Assembly: GCF_964355755.1 (NCBI RefSeq)
Contig: NC_092673.1
Span: 34,593,648-34,657,647 of the forward strand
Origin: Antedon mediterranea
Taxonomy: Eukaryota > Animalia > Echinodermata
Length of the DNA stretch: 64,000 nt
Direction of reading: 5' to 3'
Shown here: piece after piece, positions 1 through 11,702 of the stretch
How positions within the stretch are numbered: the first letter of the stretch is position 1
How the letters are laid out: each line of letters opens with the position of its first letter
Program-made: the position numbers and the translations under genes
The notes under the pieces: generated by a model
Seen by the model: only the letters and a program-made list of their open reading frames with translations
Database searches by the model: none
What the model was told of the DNA's origin: nothing

Positions 1-1037
1 CTTTTTGGTCCGCCTACGCTGGTACTCCTACGATTTTCATGTTGATGTATCGGTAGACTTTTTATAGCATCTGCGTATGTTTGTTGTTTTTTTGCTTTCT
101 GAACTATGTTGTAGTCAGAGGTATCAACAGCTATTTGTGTTCTTTTTATTTCATATGTTTCATCTTTTGCTTTAGATAGTTTTCGTTCTGTTTCAGTAAT
201 CTTGTTTTGTAACGTCGTTATTTGATCTTCTTTAGTAGCTATTAGTTTTTCATATGATTTTATTGATTGTAAGTCGGATTGTAGTTTTCTGTTGTCTGTC
301 TCTAATTGTTTTATTCTTTCAGTTGATTTATCGACATCTTTTCTTAGTTTGGTGTTTTCTTCGGATTTTTTTGGACAGCTTGGTGTGTTTCGAATTTGTT
401 TTAATGATTCTATTTCTGACATAAGTTTTTTGTTTTCTGTCTGAAGTCTGCTGTTTTCGCCTGTGATCATCTTCACTTTTAGATCACAGTTCTCTTTGAT
501 TACATTAAGCAGCGTGTCGGCGAAAAAACTTTCTAACTTTTTGATAGCATGTTTACAATCTATATGGGATTTAGATTGTGTGCTTTTACCAATCGTGTTT
601 CCAGTGTCCGATGCTTTTATCGGTGTAGGTAGCCCTAGTAGTAGTTGTTGAGCTACACTATCAATGTAGTTTTCAGTTTCAGTGATGATGTCAATATCAG
701 GGGTGATTTGGTCTTGATGATGTGTTGGATATTCCTTATTCAATATCGGTGGTAAGTCAAGTGATATTCCATCTGTATCAATAGCCTCGTTTATATTGCT
801 ATTTGCGGGCACATCTTTTTCTTTATCAGTATTGTGATTGCTTATATCAGTTACCACGTTATCAATGTGCACATCATTTGCCTTTAGGTAATTAAGGGCT
901 TTTTCCATATTGTAGAAAGACTGGAATTGGGCCCCATGAACGCTATCTGTGTTTTCTTGGCATTCAAGCCAGGACTTATATATTCCAGGATTTCTTCCCA
1001 CGGCGACTGCATAGATTTTTTTCTTTCTACACGCCAT
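1..1037 (-). CDS. Open-ended ORF (>=345 aa) with N-terminal RNase H1 hybrid-binding-like (Cauli_VI/viroplasmin) domain and coiled coil; probable retroelement ORF1
   Basis: Manual translation from ATG at 1037: MACRKKKIYAVAVGRNPGIYKSWLECQENTDSVHGAQFQSFYNMEKALNYLK...LQTENKKLMSEIESLKQ...IKQLETDNRKLQSDLQSIK...QQTYADAIKS..., no stop to the window edge (probably why the ORF track omits it). YAVxxGRxxGxYxxWxEC...AxFxxF...AxxYL matches the RNase H1 N-terminal domain pattern. Intronless, with a YADA motif common in LINE ORF1p; the ORF1 assignment is inference. Confidence 0.75.
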   Translation of the reverse strand, partial: MACRKKKIYAVAVGRNPGIYKSWLECQENTDSVHGAQFQSFYNMEKALNYLKANDVHIDNVVTDISNHNTDKEKDVPANSNINEAIDTDGISLDLPPILNKEYPTHHQDQITPDIDIITETENYIDSVAQQLLLGLPTPIKASDTGNTIGKSTQSKSHIDCKHAIKKLESFFADTLLNVIKENCDLKVKMITGENSRLQTENKKLMSEIESLKQIRNTPSCPKKSEENTKLRKDVDKSTERIKQLETDNRKLQSDLQSIKSYEKLIATKEDQITTLQNKITETERKLSKAKDETYEIKRTQIAVDTSDYNIVQKAKKQQTYADAIKSLPIHQHENRRSTSVGGPK

Positions 1038-3298
1038 AACGTTATCGTGCTTGTGTTTGTATTTGCATATGAACGAAATGGTACGATTTTGTTTGTGACA
1101 GAAACAATAGACAATACTGTTGCCAAGCTTTAAGCTTGCTGTAATGATAAATTCGGTTAAAAAGATAGTAACTGAAAAAACGTTTTGTATATTAAAATGG
1201 TATACGATAAAAATGAAGGCACTGCCCGGATTTGAACCATGAATCTCCTGTTTACAAGACAAGTGCTTTAACCACTAAGCCACAGCGCCTTGCTGTAATG
1301 CTGACTACCTTAAAAAAAAAATAACTGAAAAACCTTTTGTATATTAAAATGGTATACAATAAAAATAAAGGCACTGCCCGGATTTGAACCGGGGATCTCC
1401 TGTTTACTAGACGCTAAGCCACAGCGCCTTACTGTAATGCTGAATTACGTTAAGAAAAATAATAACTTAAAAAGTTTTTGTATATTAAAATGGTATACAA
1501 TAAAAATCAAGGCAGTGCCCGGATTTGAACCGGGGATCTCCTGTTTACTAGACAGGCGCTTTAACCGCTAAGCCACAGCGCCTTACTGTAGTTTTGAATT
1601 ACGTTAACAAAATAATAATGAAAAAACATTTTGTATATTAAAATGGTATACGATAGAAATGAAGGCCCTGCCCGGATTTGAACCGGGGATCTCTTGTTTA
1701 CAAGACAGGCGCTTTAACCGCAAAGCCACAGCGCCTTACTGTAGTTTTGAATTACGTTAACAAAATAATAATGAAAAAACATTTTGTATATTAAAATGGT
1801 ATACGATAAAAATGAAGGCCCTGCCCGGATTTGAACCAGGGATCTCCTGTTTACAAGACAGGCGCTTTAACCGCTAAGCCACAGCGCCTTACTGTAGTTT
1901 TGAATTACGTTAACAAAATAATAATGAAAAAAAATTTTGTATATTAAAATGGTATACGATAAAAATGAAGGCCCTGCCCGGATTTGAACCGGGGATCTCC
2001 TGTTTACAAGACAGGCGCTTTAACCGCTAAGCCACAGCGCCTTGCTGTAATGCTGAATTACGTTAAGAAAATAATAATGAAAAAACATTTTGTATATTAA
2101 AATGGTATACGATAAAAATGAAGGCCCTGCCCGGATTTGAACCGGGGATCTCCTGTTTACAAGACAGGCGCTTTAACCGCTAAGCCACAGCGGTTTTTAA
2201 AAAAAAAAAATAACTGAAAAACGTTTTGTATATTAAAATGGTATACAATAAAAATAAAGGCACTGCCCGGATTTGAACCGAGGATCTCCTGTTTACTAGA
2301 CGGCGCTTTAACCGCTAACCCACAGCGCCTTACTGTAGTTCTGAATTACGTTAACAAAATAATAATGAAAAAACATTTTGTATATTAAAATGGTATACGA
2401 TAAAAATAAAGGCCCTGCACGGATTTGAAGCGGGGATCTCCTGTTTACAAGACAGGCGCTTTAACCGCTAAGCCACAGCGCCTTGCTGTAATGCTGACTA
2501 CCTTAAAAAAAAATAACTGAAAAACGTTTTGTATATTAAAATGGTATACAATAAAAATAAAGGCACTGCCCGGATTTGAACCGGGGATCTCCTGTTTACT
2601 AGACGCTAAGCCACAGCACCTTACTGTAATGCTGAATTACGTTAAGAAAAATAATAACTTAAAAAGTTTTTGTATATTAAAATGGTATACAATAAAAATC
2701 AAGGCAGTGCCCGGATTTGAACCCGGGATCTCCTGTTTACAAGACAGGCGCTTTAACCGCTAAGCAACAGCGACTTGCTGTAATTTTGATTTACGTTAAA
2801 AAAAATAATAATGAAAAAACATTTTGTATATTATAATGGTATATGATAAAAATTAAGACAGCGCCCGGATTTGAACCGGGGATCTCCTGTTTACAAGACA
2901 GGCGCTTTAACCGCTAAGCAACAGCGCCTTCCTGTATTGCTTAATTACGTTAAGAAAAATAATAACTAAAAAACGTTTTGTATATTAAAATGGTATACGA
3001 TGGATATTAAGGCACTGATTGGATTTGAACCGGGGATCTCCTGTTTACTAGACAGGCGCTTTAAGCTTGCTGTAATGATGAATTCGGTTAAAAAGATAGT
3101 AACTGAAAAAACGTTTTGTATATTAAAATGGTATACGATAAAAATGAAGGCACTGCCCGGATTTGAACCAAGAATCTCCTGTTTACAAGACAGGCGCTTT
3201 AACCGCTAAGCCACAGTGCCTTGCTGTAATGCTGACTACCTTAAAAAAAAATAACTGAAAAACATTTTGTATATTAAAATGGTATACAATAAAAATAA

Positions 3299-3371
3299 AG
3301 GCACTGCCCGGATTTGAACCGGGGATCTCCTGTTTACTAGACAGGCGCTTTAACCGCTAAGCCACAGCGCC
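3299..3371 (-). tRNA. tRNA-Thr(AGT), representative intact copy
   Basis: All four stems pair (one G:U in the acceptor stem); anticodon loop CT-AGT-AA; downstream TTATTTTT terminator; CAA immediately upstream. Confidence 0.9.
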
Positions 3372-6300
3372 TTGCTGTAGTTTTGAATTACGTTAACAAA
3401 ATAATAATGAAAAAACATTTTGTATATTAAAATGGTATACGATAAAAATGAAGGCCCTGCCCGTATTTGAATCGGGGATCTCCTGTTTACAAGACAGGCG
3501 CTTTAACCGCTAAGCCACAGCGCCTTGCTGTAATGCTGAATTACGTTAAAAAAATAATAACTTAAAAAAGTTTTTGTAAATTAAACTGGTATACGATCAG
3601 AATTAAGGCACTACCCGGATTTGAACCAGGGATCTCCTGTTTACTAGACAGGCACTTTAACCGCTAAACCACAACGCCTTCCTGTATTGCTTAATTACGT
3701 TAAGAAAAATAATAACTTAAAAAAGTTTTGGTAAATTGAACTGGTATACGATCAAAATTAAGGCACTGCCCGGATTTGAACCGGGGATCTCCTGTTTACA
3801 AGACAGGCGCTTTAACCGCTAAGCAACAGCACCCTCCTGTATTGCTTAATTACGTTAAGAAAAATAATAACTGAAAAACATTTTGTTTAATAAAATGGTA
3901 TACGATAAAAATTAAGGCACTGGCTGGAGTTGAAGCGGGGATCTCTTGTTTACTAGACAGGGGCTTTAACCAATAAGCCACAGCGCCTTGCTGTAATTTT
4001 GAATTACGTTAAAAAAATAATAATTAAAAAACATTTTGTATATTAAAATGGTATACGATAAAAATGAAGGCACTGCCCGGATTTGAACCAGGGATCTCCT
4101 GTTTACTAGACGGCGCTTTAACCGCTAACCCACAGCGCCTTACTGTAGTTCTGAATTACGTTAACAAAATAATAATGAAAAAACATTTTGTATATTAAAA
4201 TGGTATACGATAAAAATAAAGGCCCTGCACGGATTTGAAGCGGGGATCTCCTGTTTACAAGACAGGCGCTTTAACCGCTAAGCCACAGCGCCTTGCTGTA
4301 ATGCTGACTACCTTAAAAAAAAATAACTGAAAAACGTTTTGTATATTAAAATGGTATACAATAAAAATAAAGGCACTGCCCGGATTTGAACCGGGGATCT
4401 CCTGTTTACTAGACGCTAAGCCACAGCACCTTACTGTAATGCTGAATTACGTTAAGAAAAATAATAACTTAAAAAGTTTTTGTATATTAAAATGGTATAC
4501 AATAAAAATCAAGGCAGTGCCCGGATTTGAACCGGGGATCTCCTGTTTACAAGACAGGCGCTTTAACCGCTAAGCAACAGCGACTTGCTGTAATTTTGAT
4601 TTACGTTAAAAAAAATAATAATGAAAAAACATTTTGTATATTATAATGGTATATGATAAAAATTAAGACAGCGCCCGGATTTGAACCGGGGATCTCCTGT
4701 TTACAAGACAGGCGCTTTAACCGCTAAGCAACAGCGCCTTCCTGTATTGCTTAATTACGTTAAGAAAAATAATAACTAAAAAACGTTTTGTATATTAAAA
4801 TGGTATACGATGGATATTAAGGCACTGATTGGATTTGAACCGGGGATCTCCTGTTTACTAGACAGGCGCTTTAACCTTGCTGTAATGATGAATTCGGTTA
4901 AAAAGATAGTAACTGAAAAAATATTTTGTATATTAAAATGGTATACGATAAAAATAAAGGCCCTGCACAGATTTGAACCGGGGATCTCCTGTTTACAAGA
5001 CAGGCGCTTTAACCGCTAAGCCACAGCGCCTTGCTGTAATGCTGACTACCTTAAAAAAAAATAACTGAAAAACGTTTTGTATATTAAAATGGTATACGAT
5101 GAAAATTAAGGCACTGGCTAGAGTTGAACAGGGGATCTCTTGTTTACTAGACAGGCACTTTAACCGCTAATCCACAGCGCCTTGCTGTGATTTTGATTTA
5201 CGTTAAAAAAAATAATAATTAAAAAACATTTTGTATATTATAATGGTATATGATAAAAATTAAGGCACCACCAGGATTTGAACTGGGATCTCCTGTTTAC
5301 TAGACAGGCGCTTTAACCGCTAAACCACACCGTCTTGCTGTAATTCTGAATTACGTTTAAAAAAATAATAACCTAAAAAAGTTTTTGGTAAATTAAACTG
5401 GTATACGATCTAAATTAAGGCACTGCCCGGATTTGAACCGGGGATCTCCTGTTTACAAGACAGGCGCTTTAACCGCTAAGCCACAGCACCTTCATGTATT
5501 GCTTAATTACGTTAAATAAAATAATAAATTCAAAACGTTTTTGTATATTAAAATGGTGTACGATAAAAATTGAGGCACTGCCCTGATTTGAACCAGGGAT
5601 CTCCTGTTTACAAGACAGGCACTTTAACGGCTAAAAATTATAATTAAAAAACATTTTGTATATTAAAATGGTATACGATAAAAATAAAGGCACTGCCCGG
5701 ATTTGAACCCGGGATCTCCTGTTTACTAGACAGGCGCTTTAACCGCTAAGCCACAGCGCCTTACTGTAATGCTGAATAACGTTAAGAAAAATAATAACTT
5801 AAAAAGTTTTTGTATATTAAAATGGTATACGATAAAAATTAAGGCACTGGCTGGATTTGAACCAGGGATCTCTTGTTTACTAGACAGGCACTTTAACCGC
5901 TACGCCACAGCACCTTGCTGTAATGCTGAATTACGTTTAAAAAGAAAATAACTTAAAAAAGTTTTGGTAAATTGAACTTGTATACGATCAAAATTAAGGC
6001 ACTGCCTAGATTTGAACCAGGGATCTCCTGTTTACTAGACAGGCGCTGTAACCGCTAAGCCACAGCGCCTTGCTGTAATTTTGATTTACGTTAAAAAAAA
6101 TAATAATGAAAAAACATTTTGTATATTATAATGGTATACGATAAAAATGAAGGCACTGCCCGGATTTGAACCGGGGATCTCCTATTTACAAGACAGGTGC
6201 TTTAACCGCTAAGCCACAGCGCCTTGCTGTAATGCTGACTACCTTAAAAAAAAAATAACTGAAAAACGTTTTGTATATTAAAATGGTATACATTAAAAAT

Positions 6301-9300
6301 CAAGGCACTGCCCGGATTTGAACCAGGGATCTCCTGTTTACTAGACAGGCACTTTAACCGCTAAACCACAACGCTTTCCTGTATTGCTTAATTACGTTAA
6401 GAAAAATAATAACTTAAAAAAGTTTTGGTAAATTGAACTGGTATACGATCAAAATTAAGGCACTGCCCGGATTTGAACCGGGGATCTCCTGTTTACAAGA
6501 CAGGCGCTTTAACCGCTATGCAACAGCACCCTCCTGTATTGCTTAATTACGTTAAGAAAAATAATAACTGAAAAACATTTTGTTTAATAAAATGGTATAC
6601 GATAAAAATTAAGGCTCTGGCTGGAGTTGAACCGGGGATCTCTTGTTTACTAGACAGGCGCTTTAACCGCTAAACCACAACGCCTTCCTGTATTGCTTAA
6701 TTACGTTAAGAAAAATAATAACTTAAAAAAGTTTTGGTAAATTGAACTGGTATACGATCAAAATTAAGGCACTGCCCGGATTTGAACCGGGGATCTCCTG
6801 TTTACAAGACAGGCGCTTTAACCTCTAAGCCACAGCGCCTTGCTGTAATGCTGAATTACGTTAAAAAAATAATAACTTAAAAAAGTTTTTGTAAATTAAA
6901 CTGGTATACGATCAGAATTAAGGCACTGCCCAGATTTGAACCAGGGATCTCCTGTTTACTAGACAGGCACTTTAACCGCTAAACCACAACGCCTTGCTGT
7001 AATGCTGACTACCTTAAAAAAAAAATAACTGAAAAACGTTTTGTATATTAAAATGGTATACAATAAAAATCAAGGCACTGCCCGGATTTGAACCGGGGAT
7101 GTCCTGTTTACAAGACAGGCGCTTTAACCGCTAAGCAACAGCGCCCTTCCTGTATTGCTTAATTACGTTAAGAAAAATAATAATTGAAAAACATTTTGTA
7201 TAATAAAATGGTATACGATAAAAATTAAGGCACTGGCTAGAGTTGAACCGGGGATCTCTTGTTTACTAGACAGACACTTTAACCGCTAATCCACAGCGCC
7301 TTGCTGTAATTTTGATTTACGTTAAAAAAAATAATAATTAAAAAACATTTTGTATATTATAATGGTATATGATAAAAATTAAGAAACCACCAGGATTTGA
7401 ACTGGGATCTCCTGTTTACTAGACAGGCGCTTTAACCGCTAAACCACACCGTCTTGCTGTAATTCTGAATTACGTTTAAAAAAATAATAACCTAAAAAAG
7501 TTTTTGGTAAATTAAACTGGTATACGAACTAAATTAAGGCACTGCCCGGATTTGAACCGAGGATCTCCTGTTTACAAGACAGGCGCTTTAACCGCTAAGC
7601 AACAGCGCCTTCCTGTATTGCTTAATTACGTTAAGAAAAATAATAACTAAAAAACGTTTTGTATATTAAAATGGTATACGATGGATATTAAGGCACTGAT
7701 TGGATTTGAACCGGGGATCTCCTGTTTACTAGACAGGCGCTTTAAGCTTGCTGTAATGATGAATTCGGTTAAAAAGATAGTAACTGAAAAAACGTTTTGT
7801 ATATTAAAATGGTATACGATAAAAATGAAGGCACTGCCGGATTTGAACCAAGAATCTCCTGTTTACAAGACAGGCGCTTTAACCGCTAAGCCACAGCGCC
7901 TTGCTGTAATGCTGACTACCTTAAAAAAAAATAACTGAAAAACATTTTGTATATTAAAATGGTATACAATAAAAATAAAGGCACTGCCCGGATTTGAACC
8001 GGGGATCTCCTGTTTACTAGACAGGCGCTTTAACCGCTAAGCCACAGCGCCTTACTGTAGTTTTGAATTACGTTAACAAAATAATAATGAAAAAACATTT
8101 TGTATATTAAAATGGTATACGATAAAAATGAAGGCCCTGCCCGTATTTGAATCGGGGATCTCCTGTTTACAAGACAGGCGCTTTAACCGCTAAGCCACAG
8201 CGCCTTGCTGTAATGCTGAATTACGTTAAAAAAATAATAACTTAAAAAAGTTTTTGTAAATTAAACTGGTATACGATCAGAATTAAGGCACTACCCGGAT
8301 TTGAACCAGGGATCTCCTGTTTACTAGACAGGCACTTTAACCGCTAAACCACAACGCCTTCCTGTATTGCTTAATTACGTTAAGAAAAATAATAACTTAA
8401 AAAAGTTTTGGTAAATTGAACTGGTATACGATCAAAATTAAGGCACTGCCCGGATTTGAACCGGGGATCTCCTGTTTACAAGACAGGCGCTTTAACCGCT
8501 AAGCAACAGCACCCTCCTGTATTGCTTAATTACGTTAAGAAAAATAATAACTGAAAAACATTTTGTTTAATAAAATGGTATACGATAAAAATTAAGGCAC
8601 TGGCTGGAGTTGAAGCGGGGATCTCTTGTTTACTAGACAGGGGCTTTAACCAATAAGCCACAGCGCCTTGCTGTAATTTTGAATTACGTTAAAAAAATAA
8701 TAATTAAAAAACATTTTGTATATTAAAATGGTATACGATAAAAATGAAGGCACTGCCCGGATTTGAACCAGGGATCTTCTGTTTACTAGACAGGCGCTTT
8801 AACCGCTAACCCACAGCGCCTTACTGTAATTTTGAATTACGTTAAAAAAATAATAATTAAAAAACATTTTGTATATTAAAATGGTATACGATAAAAATGA
8901 AGGCACTGCCCGGATTTGAACCAGGGATCTTCTGTTTACCAGACAGGCGCTTTAACCGCTAACCCACAGCGCCTTACTGTAGTTCTGAATTACGTTAACA
9001 AAATAATAATGAAAAAACATTTTGTATATTAAAATGGTATACGATAAAAATAAAGGCCCTGCACGGATTTGAAGCGGGGATCTCCTGTTTACAAGACAGG
9101 CGCTTTAACCGCTAAGCCACAGCGCCTTGCTGTAATGCTGACTACCTTAAAAAAAAATAACTGAAAAACGTTTTGTATATTAAAATGGTATACAATAAAA
9201 ATAAAGGCACTGCCCGGATTTGAACCGGGGATCTCCTGTTTACAAGACAGGCGCTTTAACCGCTAAGCAACAGCGACTTGCTGTAATTTTGATTTACGTT

Positions 9301-11629
9301 AAAAAAAATAATAATGAAAAAACATTTTGTATATTATAATGGTATATGATAAAAATTAAGACAGCGCCCGGATTTGAACCGGGGATCTCCTGTTTACAAG
9401 ACAGGCGCTTTAACCGCTAAGCAACAGCGCCTTCCTGTATTGCTTAATTACGTTAAGAAAAATAATAACTAAAAAACGTTTTGTATGTTAAAATGGTATA
9501 CGATGGATATTAAGGCACTGATTGAATTTGAACCGGGGATCTCCTGTTTACTAGACAGGCGCTTTAACCTTGCTGTAATGATGAATTCGGTTAAAAAGAT
9601 AGTAACTGAAAAAACATTTTGTATATTAAAATGGTATACGATAAAAATAAAGGCCCTGCACAGATTTGAACCGGGGATCTCCTGTTTACAAGACAGGCGC
9701 TTTAACCGCTAAGCCACAGCGCCTTGCTGTAATGCTGAATTACGTTAAAAAAATAATAACTTAAAAAAGTTTTTGTAATTTAAACTGGTATACGATCAGA
9801 ATTAAGGCACTACCCGGATTTGAACCAGGGATCTCCTGTTTACTAGACAGGCACTTTAACCGCTAAACCACAACGCCTTCCTGTATTGCTTAATTACGTT
9901 AAGAAAAATAATAACTTAAAAAAGTTTTGGTAAATTGAACTGGTATACGATCAAAATTAAGGCACTGCCCGGATTTGAACCGGGGATCTCCTGTTTACAA
10001 GACAGGCGCTTTAACCGCTAAGCAACAGCACCCTCCTGTATTGCTAAATTACGTTAAGAAAAATAATAACTGAAAAACATTTTGTTTAATAAAATGGTAT
10101 ACGATAAAAATTAAGGCACTGGCTGGAGTTGAAGCGGGGATCTCTTGTTTACTAGACAGGGGCTTTAACCAATAAGCCACAGCGCCTTGCTGTAATTTTG
10201 AATTACGTTAAAAAAATAATAATTAAAAAACATTTTGTATATTAAAATGGTATACGATAAAAATGAAGGCACTGCCCGGATTTGAACCAGGGATCTTCTG
10301 TTTACTAGACAGGCGCTTTAACCGCTAACCCACAGCGCCTTACTGTAATTTTGAATTACGTTAAAAAAATAATAATTAAAAAACATTTTGTATATTAAAA
10401 TGGTATACGATAAAAATGAAGGCACTGCCCGGATTTGAACCAGGGATCTTCTGTTTACTAGACAAGCGCTTTAACCGCTAACCCACAGCGCCTTACTGTA
10501 GTTCTGAATTACGTTAACAAAATAATAATGAAAAAACATTTTGTATATTAAAATGGTATACGATAAAAATAAAGGCCCTGCACGGATTTGAAGCGGGGAT
10601 CTCCTGTTTACAAGACAGGCGCTTTAACCGCTAAGCCACAGCGCCTTGCTGTAATGCTGACTACCTTAAAAAAAAATAACTGAAAAACGTTTTGTATATT
10701 AAAATGGTATACAATAAAAATAAAGGCACTGCCCGGATTTGAACCGGGGATCTCCTGTTTACAAGACAGGCGCTTTAACCGCTAAGCAACAGCGACTTGC
10801 TGTAATTTTGATTTACGTTAAAAAAAATAATAATGAAAAAACATTTTGTATATTATAATGGTATATGATAAAAATTAAGACAGCGCCCGGATTTGAACCG
10901 GGGATCTCCTGTTTACAAGACAGGCGCTTTAACCGCTAAGCAACAGCGCCTTCCTGTATTGCTTAATTACGTTAAGAAAAATAATAACTAAAAAACGTTT
11001 TGTATATTAAAATGGTATACGATGGATATTAAGGCACTGATTGGATTTGAACCGGGGATCTCCTGTTTACTAGACAGGCGCTTTAACCTTGCTGTAATGA
11101 TGAATTCGGTTAAAAAGATAGTAACTGAAAAAACATTTTGTATATTAAAATGGTATACGATAAAAATAAAGGCCCTGCACAGATTTGAACCGGGGATCTC
11201 CTGTTTACAAGACAGGCGCTTTAACCGCTAAGCCACAGCGCCTTGCTGTAATGCTGACTACCTTAAAAAAAAATAACTGAAAAACGTTTTGTATATTAAA
11301 ATGGTATACGATAAAAATTAAGGCACTGGCTAGAGTTGAACCGGGGATCTCTTGTTTACTAGACAGGCACTTTAACCGCTAATCCACAGCGCCTTGCTGT
11401 AATTTTGATTTACGTTAAAAAAAATAATAATTAAAAAACATTTTGTATATTATAATGGTATATGATAAAAATTAAGGCACCACCAGGATTTGAACTGGGA
11501 TCTCCTGTTTACTAGACAGGCGCTTTAACCGCTAAACCACACCGTCTTGCTGTAATTCTGAATTACGTTTAAAAAAATAATAACCTAAAAAAGTGTTTGG
11601 TAAATTAAACTGGTATACGATCTAAATTA

Positions 11630-11702
11630 AGGCACTGCCCGGATTTGAACCGGGGATCTCCTGTTTACAAGACAGGCGCTTTAACCGCTAAGCCACAGCG
11701 CC
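11630..11702 (-). tRNA. tRNA-Thr(TGT), representative intact copy
   Basis: Identical body to the AGT copy at 3299-3371 except position 34 (loop CT-TGT-AA). Confidence 0.88.

Noticed and set aside
884-1133. ORF-track ORFs 884-1126(-) and 927-1133(+)
   Set aside because: Off-frame or antisense to the long ORF starting at 1037, which carries the recognisable domain.
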